This document shows positions 1 to 11,661 of a stretch of 36,438 bases of DNA, in pieces. Each line of letters starts with the position of its first letter. Within the stretch, counting starts at the first letter, position 1. The notes beneath the pieces were generated by a model. The model was not told where the DNA came from, made no database searches, and worked only from the letters and a program-made list of their open reading frames with translations. The stretch spans positions 1-36,438 of the forward strand of contig JNEM01008709.1 in assembly GCA_000697335.1 (NCBI GenBank), in the 5' to 3' direction. Origin of the DNA: Conidiobolus incongruus B7586. Taxonomy: Eukaryota. The translations under genes and the position numbers were made by a program.

Positions 1-783
1 AAAGTTTATAGTTTAATTAATTAATAAAGATATAAAATAAATACCTTATAATTTAACTAATATTTAAAAAACATTAGAATAGTTATTATTAAACAAAATT
101 AATTAAAGTATAATTAAAAATTAAAGATTTTATAATAAATTTCATAATTAATATATTTTAAATTTCTTTATAACTTTTTATTAAAACATAAATTAAAATA
201 TTAAGTTAAGTTAACCTTTTTTAAATTCCTTTAAATAAATACTTTATTAATAAGCAAATGTTAAATATTATAATAAACTATAATAATATATGTTATTTTT
301 ATTTAATTAACAGAAATATTAATTAATAGTAAATGTTATATTATTTTTTAAATAAAACTATTATATTTAATGTTTTTAATATAATTTAAATCTTATTATT
401 TTACAAAATAATAATAAAATATATAAGGTTAAAGTTATAAAAGATTTTCTAACTAAAAATATCTGAAAAAACCACCAGACCTAGTATACTCTTTAGATTA
501 TAACCTATCTAATTATAATTATTTTTAGTAATTAAAAAACTAGCTTAAAAGAAAGAAAATCTCTATAGAAAAATTTAATTAGTTTATAAAATATCAAATA
601 TTAATCCTTAATAAAAAACTATTTTTTAAGTATTCAAAACTTTGCCAAAAGTGTGGCAAAAAGTGATTAAAAATAAAAGAGAGTATTAATTTTATATTAT
701 ATATTAATTTTTATAATTAATATATTAAAATGTTTATTCTTTTTCAATTGCAAAATATTCCAATTATTTAAATTACAAAGTAA
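1..783 (+). mobile_element. Degenerate mariner (DD34D) transposon, 3' part (runs off the window start)
   Basis: Translation from 392 gives LIILQNNNKIYKVKVIKDFLTKNI*K, then after a 1-nt frameshift PPDLVYSLDYNLSNYNYF, and from 642 LPKVWQKVIKNKREY*. These match the mariner motifs ILLHDNARPH, WEVLPHPPYSPDLAPSDY and LPERWQKVIxxxGxY, with 34 residues between the second and third catalytic positions. Colinear with the 3' half of 12737-13876 up to a decayed TIR ending at 783, followed by TA. Confidence 0.85.
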
Positions 784-3743
784 TATTATAAAATATTTTC
801 ATAAATTAAGAAATTATGATATTAATAATAATAATAATAATAATAATAAATTATAAACTTTTGCATTATATATAATTATTTATAGTCATTTTGAACCTAT
901 CTAAATTATATTTTAATTTGTTCATATGGTATAATTTTCATAGAGTTAGCATTCTAATAAATGTCATGATAATTTAATTTTAAATTTTTAAGCATATTTA
1001 CAAACAATAATATCGATTGAATAGATTAGGATCAAAAATTAGAACATCATCTATATTGATATAATAACGTAATATATATTTCTGCAATTAGGTATCAAAA
1101 TTTCATTTTTATAAATTTCAAATTATAAAAATGATATATAATAATCATATACTTAAAGTTTATTATTAATCAATATTGTAATTAAATTGAATATTGAAGA
1201 ATCGATAAAAATTGCTGTTTAAAAATTATCAGATTTACATGACTGCTAGGTCGATAAAAACAAAAAATAATTATTCATTGCAAGTAGTTAGTTCATTAAT
1301 AAAGTACTTGTTTAAGTGGGTTCAGTCTATTGAATTTGGACATGGTTGACTATGACTCAAACTAATTATTAAATTATTTATATTTTGAAATTATTATAAA
1401 AAATTATTAATCTTTTTAATGATTATTAAATATCACATAGTGATATAATTAAATTGGCAAACATTATAATTCAAACATAATTTAATAATACCATTGAAAG
1501 GTCCTTATAAAATTTTTTATAAACTATCTGGTATTATATTCCCATATAATTTTTAATTTTAGTAATAAATTTTAAAACTGTCAGCGGTAATGAGAATTTG
1601 AGATGAAGCTAACTTTACAGTGTATATATACGAGTTATTAGGAATTAATATTTAATATTTAATATTTTCTCAAGTAACTAGCATAACTATCATAACAATT
1701 ATGGATACTTATCAAATTTAATACATATGCAAATTTATAGTGATTATCATTAGAATATACTTTTCAACAGAATATAAATTTAAGTGCCAAAATAATTTAA
1801 AAAATAAAATGATTATATCATTGATCGGCTTTGCTTGAAATATTAATTAATCGATAAAGAATAATCATTGATATTGTCAAATAGACACAGTAAAATCAAA
1901 TTTAATAAATGGTAAACTATTTAATGGTATTACATACTCAGAGGTTTTTATATTGAATAATTTTATAAAACTTTGAAGTGGTTGATTGAAGAAATAATTA
2001 ATACAGAAATTTATCTTGTGATTAAAGTACAAGGAATATATATTTAAGTATATAACTGGGGTCAATTCAAGTAAATATAATATTGCTTGAAGAATAGTTA
2101 ATATTTATTTGATTATAGATCACTATTTGAAAATAATCAATCTAAAATCTATTCCAAATATATTATTGAATCAACCCTAAAATCATTAAAATGACAAATT
2201 ACCTCAATATAAGGTTATAAATATTAAACTTTGATAATGAAATAGAGAATTTATGAACATGGTGATCATACTATTAAGAAAATAACATGTTAAAAAATGA
2301 AGATTTTCTGTACGAATATATATATATATATATGTATGTATAATATACTTTCTCAAAATTCCTTTGTCATAGGATAGTGATAAAAATTTTAAATTAAATT
2401 TTTAAAACTAATCAAATAATTTTTCCAAATCAATACATTAATTTTTAGTATATATAATTTTAAATACAAAAATTAATATCTTGCATCTTTTAAAGTCAAA
2501 ATAATAGAGATTTTTGTTCCAATATCAATTTCAATAAAGAAATTAAATAAAACAGTATTAATATTATTTAAAGTATAAAATTATGGAATGTATTTTAAGT
2601 TTGTTTAGTAATCGAAGATCAATATTATTGAATAAGGCAAACTCAATATTTGATATAATTATATCAAGTTCAATTCATAACTAGTAATACAAAATTTTGT
2701 ACAATAGAAATATATCAGTTGGTCAATTATTGATTATAAATTAATTGTTATGTATTCGATTAATCTTTTATTTTATTCTAGATGGGAATTGGAATATTGA
2801 TTTTATTCAAAACAATAATATATTATTAAAGAAACATATATTCTATAAAAAATTATATACTTAATCTAAATCTATAAAATAACTTTGGTTCCTGACATAA
2901 ATATTGTGATAAAGGATAATAAACGGCAACGATTTGTGTAAGCTATTCATATTTGATTAATATAATAATGTGAAACAAAATTCCCAGTTTGTTAATTTTT
3001 TTCGTTAAATTTAGAATTGTAATAATATTAACTAAAAATAAAAAAAGTGGTCAAATGTGACATATATATCAATATGCCAATAATTTAAGCTGGTGTTAAA
3101 ACGTTTTTTATCAAAAAAGCATAGAAGGTAAAGGAAACAATAAACTATTAACTCAAATTTCAAATCAAAATTATTCAATACAATATATTAATAATGGCCA
3201 TTAATTACAGTGTTTTCTCATAATTCAAAGTGACTCTTAAATAATAAATCCTCTAATTTAGAGCTTTTATAATGTCTTTTAAATAAAATTGATCATTTCC
3301 TTGGAATATAATAAATTAAAATATAACAAAATATAATAAGATAAAGTTATTTACTTAAATCATAATAGAATTAATCCTTAAGTTTAATGGTTTTGTATCC
3401 AATACTTTCATTTTCATTTTTTAAAAAACTTAAGTTCCTGATTGAAAACCATTAGACAAAAATCTTTTTGTTAAACGAGTTTAAAAAAATGTAATTGCTC
3501 GCGAGAAATTTAAATAGTTGGGCGAAGCAAATCAACAAAGCTGGTAATACTTGGTACTCAACAAATTTCCAATATTATTGGTTTGTATTCATATAGTTTG
3601 TATTAATAATTTCACAAGAATGAGACTTATGTATGACCAATTCTTTATATTTTAATTAATATATAAAGATGCTGAAGTGGGGAACTTACTAATCTAAGCA
3701 ATTTTTTGCTAAATCTAAATAAATAAATCAAGTAAATTTATAT

Positions 3744-5777
3744 ATGAAGGTTCCTACCGCTGCTGGTCTTGCTACCCTCTTATTTGCCTTCGGTACTGAT
3801 GCCATTCAATTGATTAAACATTCCACCTGTCCTGGTGCTCCTTGTGTTCTTCCACCTGCTGGTGCTGAATTTTTGGTCGGTGCTCATTTTGATACTCGTG
3901 TCGAAATTCATGATGAAATTAACCTTAAAGCCAACGGTAACTTTTCCGTTACTGTTAGCAAATATGAAGGTGACAAACCTGGATATCCTATTTCTTTTGA
4001 AAAATTTTTCAAAGTTAAGAAATCCCCTGAACTTGAAAGATGGAATTTTACCTATGCTAAAGATGCTGAAAAATATTACAAGGCTTTAGACGGTGATAAA
4101 TCTGCCGAAACTAAAGTTAATTCTGCCTCTAAGATTTGGAGAAAGATCTCTTTCGAAGAGCCTGGTAAATATCAGATTACTTTGAAGTACAACAATGATA
4201 AAGTTCACACTCTTGATTGGATTGTCCGCCCCGTTGCTTGTAAGCCTGTTGCTAAGAACGCTATCTTCTTTATTGGTGATGGTATGACTGCTAATATGAT
4301 TACTGCTGCTCGTACCTTATCTCGTAAGCAAACCAATGGTAAATACTTTAACAAATTCCACCTTGATAACCTCGATTATATTGGTCAAATCCTTACTCAC
4401 TCTGTTGATTCCATCATGACTGATTCTGCTAACTCTGCTAGTGCCTACAACTCTGGTCACAAATCCACTGCTGGTGCCCTCGGTGTTTACCCAGATACCT
4501 CAGCCGATCACTTTGACGATCCCAAGGTCGAGCTTTTAGCTGAATTGGCCAGACGTAGAACTGCCAGAAATGGCGGCCCAATGGGTGTCGGTATTGCTAC
4601 TACTGCTGAAGTTCAAGATGCTACTCCTGCTGCTGTTTTCTCTCATACTAGACAACGCACTACTAAGCAAGAAATTACCGATCAATTCATCCATGGTGCC
4701 AAGAACTTTACCGATCCTGTTGCTGCCGATGTTTACCTTGGTGGTGGTGGTGCTTATTTCCATGCTCAACCCGGTACTGGTAAATCCTTGGGTAAAAAGA
4801 ACTATTATGACATCTACGCTAAGGAAAAGGGCTACCATATCGTTTATGACAAACATGGATTAGCTAAGGCCCCCACTGACAAGCCTCTTTTGGGTATTTT
4901 CCACCAAGGAAACATGAATGTTTGGTTAGATCGTAATGTCTATTCTGACCGTCTCCTCAAGAAGAAGGATCATCCATCTGGCAATAATGGAACAGCCACT
5001 GCTCAACCTGGATTGGTTGGCATGACTATAAAAACTCTAGAAATCTTAAAGAAGCGCTCCAAGAACGGTTTCTTTGCTATGATTGAGGCTGCTAGTGTAG
5101 ATAAGCAAATGCATGTTTATGATTACCATCGTTCTCTTGCCGAAATTATTGAACTTGATAATGCCATTCATGCTGCTGTTGAATGGACCAAGAAGAACGA
5201 TCCTAACACTTTGATTGTTGTCACTGCTGATCATGGTCATGGTTTCGATGTCTATGGTACTGTTGATACTGAATTATTCAATAAGGCTCCTAAGGACGAT
5301 CGTTACGAATCTAAGCGTCAAGCTATAGGTGCTTACGAAATGGCCGGTTTCCCAGATTATGAAGACAAGGATGGTGATGGATTCCCCGAAAAATGGGATG
5401 TCCGCACTGTTTTCGCTGCTGGTACCAACAACAACCCTGATCTTAACGAAAACTACCAAGTCAATGCCACTGGTCGCGTTGCTACTGATATCGATCCTCA
5501 CAGCCCCCATAAATATCACACTTTTATTCCTGCTGCCAATGAAGGTGGTAATGGTCTCCCTATGCAAGGTAATTTGCCCCTCGGTGAAGGTCAAGGTGTT
5601 CACTCTATGACCCAAGTCCCCGTCTTTGCCTATGGTCCTGGTGCCCATCTCTTCGGTCGTGTTATGGATAACACCGAAGTTTTCTTTAACTTTGCCGCCG
5701 CTCTCGGTCTAGGAGGTAGTGAAGATGATTGTGACTGTGTTAACGTTCCTGCTGATAGAGTTCCCAAATGGTTATAG
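3744..5777 (+). CDS. Secreted alkaline phosphatase (PhoA family), paralog 1, 677 aa, intronless
   Basis: Signal-peptide-like N-terminus. Motifs IGDGM, TDSANSA (catalytic Ser), QDATPA, HTRQR, EAASVDKQMH, VTADHGH and GVHS. Confidence 0.95.
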   Translation: MKVPTAAGLATLLFAFGTDAIQLIKHSTCPGAPCVLPPAGAEFLVGAHFDTRVEIHDEINLKANGNFSVTVSKYEGDKPGYPISFEKFFKVKKSPELERWNFTYAKDAEKYYKALDGDKSAETKVNSASKIWRKISFEEPGKYQITLKYNNDKVHTLDWIVRPVACKPVAKNAIFFIGDGMTANMITAARTLSRKQTNGKYFNKFHLDNLDYIGQILTHSVDSIMTDSANSASAYNSGHKSTAGALGVYPDTSADHFDDPKVELLAELARRRTARNGGPMGVGIATTAEVQDATPAAVFSHTRQRTTKQEITDQFIHGAKNFTDPVAADVYLGGGGAYFHAQPGTGKSLGKKNYYDIYAKEKGYHIVYDKHGLAKAPTDKPLLGIFHQGNMNVWLDRNVYSDRLLKKKDHPSGNNGTATAQPGLVGMTIKTLEILKKRSKNGFFAMIEAASVDKQMHVYDYHRSLAEIIELDNAIHAAVEWTKKNDPNTLIVVTADHGHGFDVYGTVDTELFNKAPKDDRYESKRQAIGAYEMAGFPDYEDKDGDGFPEKWDVRTVFAAGTNNNPDLNENYQVNATGRVATDIDPHSPHKYHTFIPAANEGGNGLPMQGNLPLGEGQGVHSMTQVPVFAYGPGAHLFGRVMDNTEVFFNFAAALGLGGSEDDCDCVNVPADRVPKWL

Positions 5778-6061
5778 GTGATTGATCAGAATAACAACAA
5801 CAATTTTTATTATAGGTGGCATTATATATATATATATATTCTCACAATAAAATTTATAAATAATATTTTAATATATTTATTTGGTAGAATGTTTATTTAT
5901 ATTTTACCAAAAGTCTATCAAATCACAATTGATTTAAATAATAATTATATTTAATTTTTGAAAAAATTATATATTCAATTCATGTAATTCATAAACTCTG
6001 AGAAATTAAAATAAAACTATATACTAAACATATTGAATGCAAATAATATGTCATTGGAATT

Positions 6062-6069
6062 AAAAAAAA
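6062..6069 (-). terminator. Pol III terminator (T8) of tRNA-Leu
   Basis: A8 on the + strand, 4 nt past the tRNA discriminator base. Confidence 0.8.
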
Positions 6070-6073
6070 TATA

Positions 6074-6155
6074 TGACAACTGTGGGGTTCGAACCCACGC
6101 CTGTTTCCAGATCAGGGCCTAAACCTCACGCCTTAGACCTCTCGGCCAAGTTGCC
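6074..6155 (-). tRNA. tRNA-Leu(TAG)
   Basis: Minus strand reads GGCAACTTGGCCGAGAGGTCTAAGGCGTGAGGTTTAGGCCCTGATCTGGAAACAGGCGTGGGTTCGAACCCCACAGTTGTCA. It has a 7-bp acceptor stem, A and B boxes, a long variable arm and anticodon TAG. There is one G:G mismatch in the anticodon stem. Confidence 0.93.
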
Positions 6156-7269
6156 ATACTTTTCAATTCTTTTTTGTTCATGATTTTCCCAGTATTTATT
6201 CAGCAATATTAAAATATATTCTACCCATATCTTTCAACCATTTCATTTCATTTTAATTTTTCAAATTTCATCGTTAATATTTTGGTGATATTTATATTTA
6301 TTTATTTCCCTTTTGTTCAAATTGTTGATTTTAATTTTAATAAATATTTTTTTTATAATGCTAATACTTCACATATGTTTTATAGTATCCATCATCATAT
6401 ATTTATTTTTAGATATTTTATTCAACCCATTATATTATATCACCATTTATTTAATAGATAACTAAATATATTTCGATTTTCCATTTTGAAATTAACTAAT
6501 TATCAAAATTTGCATACTTAATATTGGACATAGTTTTTTGAATATATATTAAAATTTCTTTCATATTGATTACATTTCAAAAATCCAAATATTCAAATAC
6601 CTTCATATAATAATAAAGTTATCAAATGTATATATTATTAAAGTGATATATTCATAATAGGAATTTATTTATATTATTTTTATATTTGATTGGTATTGAA
6701 TAAAATCACATTATTTGATTAAATGTTATTTAAATTTATGTAATATTATTTTTTTTGAAAAATAGAAATGGTAAATATTGTTTATCAACAAATTATTAGT
6801 CTTTAATATTTATTTAAATTAACAAATATTAAATTATTGATTTTAAATTATTTTAATTGAGAATAAAAATATTAAATATTCAAACTTGATAATTAATATA
6901 AATTATATATATTTTTTTAAAAAACTAAAATGGCCATATCAGTAAGGATAGATAAATTGTAATTATGATAAAATTGACTTAATAATAATTACATGTATAT
7001 TCCTGTCAATTTGCTCTTCGTTTGATAGTTTTTTATGATATTGATTAAAATAATATGTAATATGATATGAAAACTATGATACCATGAGGGAGGTTTATTG
7101 AGGTATATAAATATCAGATGAATTGGAAATTATTACAATTTAAATAATCAAGATTCTCCAGTGTAAAAATATTATTTATTTACTATTAATTATAAATATG
7201 TTGAAAGTTCAGCATTGATAAAAATATGATAATAAATAAGGTCAACTAAATTAAAAATATAATTTTTGC

Positions 7270-9303
7270 TTATAATTTCCATTTTGGAACTCTATCAGGA
7301 GTAACTTCAATACATTCGCAATCATCATTTCCTCCCAAACCAAGAGCATGGGCAAAGTTAAAGAAAACTTCGGTGTTATCCATAACACGACCGAAGAGAT
7401 GGGCACCAGGACCATAGGCAAAAACGGGGACTTGAGTCATGGAGTGGACACCTTGATCTTCACTGATGGGTACGTTACCTTGTTTGGGAAGGCCATTGGC
7501 ATGTTCACCAGGAGCAGGGATCCAAGTAGTGTACTTATGTTTGCTATGAGGGTCAACTACGGTAGCTTCACGGGCAGTTGCATTAGCTTGATAATTTTCA
7601 AAAATGTCAGGATTGTTGTTGGTACCAGCAGCAAAGACAGTTCTGACATCCCATTTATCGGGGAATCCATCACCATCTTTATCTTCATAATCAGGGAATC
7701 CAGCGTGCTCGGTGATACCAATAGCTTGACGTTTAGATTCATAGCGATTATCTTTAGGAGCTTTGTTGAATAATTCAGTATCAACAGTACCATAGACATC
7801 GAAACCATGACCATGATCAGCAGTGACAACAATCAAAGTGTTAGGATCGTTCTTCTTGGTCCATTCAACAGCAGCATGAATGGCATTGTCAAATTCGATC
7901 AGTTCAGCAAGTGAACGATGATAATCGAAAACGTGCATTTGTTTATCAATATGTGCACCTTCGATCATAGCAAAGAAACCGTTCTTGGAGCGCTTCTTTA
8001 AGATTTCTAGAGTTTTTATAGTCATTTCAACCAATCCAGGTTGAGCAGTGGCTGTTCCATTATTGCCAGATGGATGATCCTTCTTCTTGAGGAGACGGTC
8101 AGAATAGACATTACGATCTAACCAAACATTCATGTTTCCTTGGTGGAAAATACCCAAAAGAGGCTTGTCAGTGGGGGCCTTAGCTAATCCATGTTTGTCA
8201 TAAACGATATGGTAGCCCTTTTCCTTAGCGTAGATGTCATAATAGTTCTTTTTACCCAAGGATTTACCAGTACCGGGTTGAGCATGGAAATAAGCACCAC
8301 CACCACCAAGGAAGACATCAGCAACAACGGGTTTAGTGAAATTTTTAGTGCCATTAATTAATTGATCTACGATTTCCTTTTTGTTACTACGTTGTCTAGT
8401 ATGAGAGAAAACAGCAGCAGGAGTAGCATCTTGAACTTCAGCAGTAGTAGTAATACCGACACCCAATGGACCTCCATTTTTGGCTGATCTTCTTCTCGCC
8501 AATTCAGCTAAAAGTTCAACTTTGGGATCGTCAAAAGTGTCAGCGGAAGTATCTGGGTAGACACCAAGAGCACCAGCAGTGGATTTGTGACCAGAATTGT
8601 AGGCACTAGCAGAGTTAGCAGAATCAGTCATAATAGAGTCAACAGAGTGGGTAAGAATATGTCCAAAGTAATCCAAGTTATCTAGGTGAAGCTTGTTGAA
8701 GTATTTACCATTGGTTTGTTTGCGAGATAAGGTACGAGCAGCAGTAATCATACTAGTGGTCATACCATCACCAATAAAGAAAATGGCATTCTTAGCAACA
8801 GGCTTACAAGCGGGAGCACGAACGATCCAATCAACTGTGTGAACTTGATCGTTATTGTACTTTAAAGTGATTTGGTATTTACCGGGCTTATCAAAAGAAA
8901 TATTTCTCCAGATCTTGGAAGCAGAGTTAACCTTAATTTTGGCAGAGCTATCGCCATCTAAAGCCTTGTAATGTTTTTCAGCATCTTTAGCATAGGTAAA
9001 ATTCCATCTTTCGAGCTCAGGAGATTTCTTAACTTTAAAGAATTTTTCAAAAGATTCAGGATATCCAAGCTTATCATTTTCGTATTTCGAGATAGTTACA
9101 GAGAAGTTACCATTGGCATTAAGCTTGACTTCGTCATGGATTTCAACACGAGTGTCAAAGCGAGCTCCGACTAAAAATTCAGCACCAGCAGGTGGAAGAA
9201 CACAGGGGGCTCCAGGACAGGTGGAGTGTTTGATCAATTGAATGGCTTCAGCGCCAAAAGCGAATAATAAAGTAGCAAGGCCAGCAACAGTGGGAACCTG
9301 CAT
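7270..9303 (-). CDS. Secreted alkaline phosphatase (PhoA family), paralog 2, 677 aa, intronless
   Basis: Colinear paralog of 3744-5777 with all catalytic motifs; the metal-binding segment reads EGAHIDKQMH. Confidence 0.95.
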   Translation of the reverse strand: MQVPTVAGLATLLFAFGAEAIQLIKHSTCPGAPCVLPPAGAEFLVGARFDTRVEIHDEVKLNANGNFSVTISKYENDKLGYPESFEKFFKVKKSPELERWNFTYAKDAEKHYKALDGDSSAKIKVNSASKIWRNISFDKPGKYQITLKYNNDQVHTVDWIVRAPACKPVAKNAIFFIGDGMTTSMITAARTLSRKQTNGKYFNKLHLDNLDYFGHILTHSVDSIMTDSANSASAYNSGHKSTAGALGVYPDTSADTFDDPKVELLAELARRRSAKNGGPLGVGITTTAEVQDATPAAVFSHTRQRSNKKEIVDQLINGTKNFTKPVVADVFLGGGGAYFHAQPGTGKSLGKKNYYDIYAKEKGYHIVYDKHGLAKAPTDKPLLGIFHQGNMNVWLDRNVYSDRLLKKKDHPSGNNGTATAQPGLVEMTIKTLEILKKRSKNGFFAMIEGAHIDKQMHVFDYHRSLAELIEFDNAIHAAVEWTKKNDPNTLIVVTADHGHGFDVYGTVDTELFNKAPKDNRYESKRQAIGITEHAGFPDYEDKDGDGFPDKWDVRTVFAAGTNNNPDIFENYQANATAREATVVDPHSKHKYTTWIPAPGEHANGLPKQGNVPISEDQGVHSMTQVPVFAYGPGAHLFGRVMDNTEVFFNFAHALGLGGNDDCECIEVTPDRVPKWKL

Positions 9304-9438
9304 GATTGAATATTATAGATTGAATAAATAAAAGCAATATATGCTTAAATTCAAATTGAAATTCAATCATCATTTTATACTATTGTCATTTCAACAAGCA
9401 GAATTTCACAATCACAACTTATCAAAAGCTTCGATCAA

Positions 9439-9776
9439 AACGTGGAATTCCTAAATTTACTAATTGGTTTAAAATATTATTGATATCATTTTTTGCTGAA
9501 GCTGTTAAACTCATAGTTATTTGTTTTTTTGGATAGGAAAATTTTCTACATTTATTAAACTTCTTTATAACCTGAATTTAATCAAGTAGTTTTCAATTCA
9601 TCAAATTTCATTGTCAAATTTTGTTGATCAATTGACATAATAAATTAAATACATTTGTCAAATGTAAAGTCAAATTAGTCAATGTTATATTCATATTATT
9701 TTCATAATATACTCTATTGGATACTATAAAACAACTCAAACTTATTATTCTTTTTGCTTAGATTATTTTACACGTG
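9439..9776 (-). promoter_or_regulatory. Candidate bHLH (Pho4/NUC-1-type) boxes upstream of AP paralog 2
   Basis: CACGTG at 9771-9776 and CACGTT (minus strand) at 9439-9444, about 470 and 140 bp upstream of the ATG, in very AT-rich DNA. Confidence 0.4.
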
Positions 9777-11661
9777 TTAAATATAAGTTTATAAAATATA
9801 CTCACATTAAAAATATGTGACTTGTTTTGAATTTTAATATGTCAACTTTAAGAGAAATCTTTTTCAAAAAATTAAATCTAAGCTCATTAATATTGATTAA
9901 AATTATATAATCTATTTCACTTTATACATTGAATTTTTAAACTAAGTCCTCCTCAAACTTTGAATATTTTGTCTTTAATTTTGTAAGGATTTAATATTCT
10001 AATATATCGGAATACTTATCATTCATTTATACCGATACTAGATATCAATTCAGTTGTAGTCCAAAAATAATCTAATTCATACTATTCCTAAATATTTTAA
10101 TATAAGATGAAATCAAACTTATACTTGATAATTCTATTCCATTTGTTCAATGTTATGTATTGAAAAATAAGGTGTTAAATAATAGATCACTCTAGTTTAA
10201 ATTTTTCAAAGAGATTTCTTTCAAGAGTTGATTATTCACATTTTTTTCAAATCTGTCTAATGGATTTCATAACAGAATATACTCATTATAAATACAGTTA
10301 AAATTGTTAGTGGATTGATTTGTATATCATTTTTCAATTATCCCTAATATTTATATATTTAGAGTTGAAAGTTATATGTGGTATTATACTACAATCAATT
10401 AAAAAAAGTAACTTGCCAAAATCTCTTAAAATACTCTACATTCAAGTTTTTCGATATTATTTTCAATTTTTATGATGATAAAAAAATATTAGATTTTGGT
10501 TTCTAGAAAATGAATGAATAGAAAAGTACCAACGAATAATTGTAAATATTAAAAAACATAAATATAGTTATACGGTCAGAATTGAATTAAATGAACCATA
10601 AAAAAGTATATTAATACTGACTGAATATGTTTTTATCCAAATTTTAATAACAAACCAACATGAATACATGACAATTAGGAAATAAATTAAATTTATATAT
10701 TGAAATTTTTTGTAAGTTGCTTCAAAATTATTTGTATAATACTCTCAGATATTAAATTCTATTTAGAATTCATTATTTTTATTTAATATTTTAATTTGAC
10801 TTATTTTTCAATAATAATAATACTTTGCGATACTTTTCGCTATTTCTAAAAATAGAAAAAAATGAATTTAGGAAAATGTCTAAATATTTTTATATCAAGT
10901 TGATTATCTGGTTTAAAGACCACAAATATATTATATTTAAATACCAATATATGGTAAATATGTTTATAATAAATTTTAAAATCAATTGGAATTTATTTTA
11001 ATTTTCGAGTTTTGTTTATACATATCTGTCATAATGTAAATCTAGAGTCGTAGTCAGTTAAAAAATTCTATTTGGATTAAAATTCCATAACTTTATATAG
11101 TTTTATATTTAATAAGTTGCATTGGTATATCATGTACAAAATTTCTGAAGTACATATACTATATTACTTATTTGAAATTCTCTTTAGATAAGGTATTAGC
11201 ATTTTTACTAAAATAAACAGTGTAAAAGATAATATTATATTAATGTAATATAATGAAAATATTATTGTTGATTATCATGACTTTTAAAATCTTGTCTAAA
11301 TTTTTCATTTATTGTAATATATTAAAATGTAGGCTGAGATCATTAAATATGATTAACATTTATTAATTATTCATTCCTTTAATAGAACTATACTTTATCA
11401 TTCGAATATAAAGTATTATAACGTTTTGAATATTTTTAATTCTATAATTGACTAAAAAAAGTAATCTAATCATCAAATCCAAAATGTATACAATTTTGAT
11501 AGTCATTAATTATTAAAAACAATCTTAGCTTGTGATTTAATCAAGATATAAAAATGTAGGATAAGCAAATTAATATGAAATTATAATATAATTAATTCAT
11601 TTCATTCATACTTACATTCTATTATTGTATTGTTAACGTATTCAGAAAATCCAATATCTGA

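Noticed and set aside
641..660. Inverted repeat TTTGCCA-N6-TGGCAAA resembling an operator or hairpin
   Set aside because: It coincides with the LPKVWQK codons of the fossil transposase, so it needs no other explanation.
3835..9174. Alternative-frame and antisense ORFs overlapping the AP genes, and similar ones over QCR8 and the Slm1-like gene
   Set aside because: These are shadows of strongly biased codon usage in the real CDSs, with no independent motifs.
9950..10560. Possible decayed coding sequence (similar texture at about 1900-2300 and 16000-16600)
   Set aside because: Codon-like patches only, with many stops and no motif I could assign; it would need a translated homology search.
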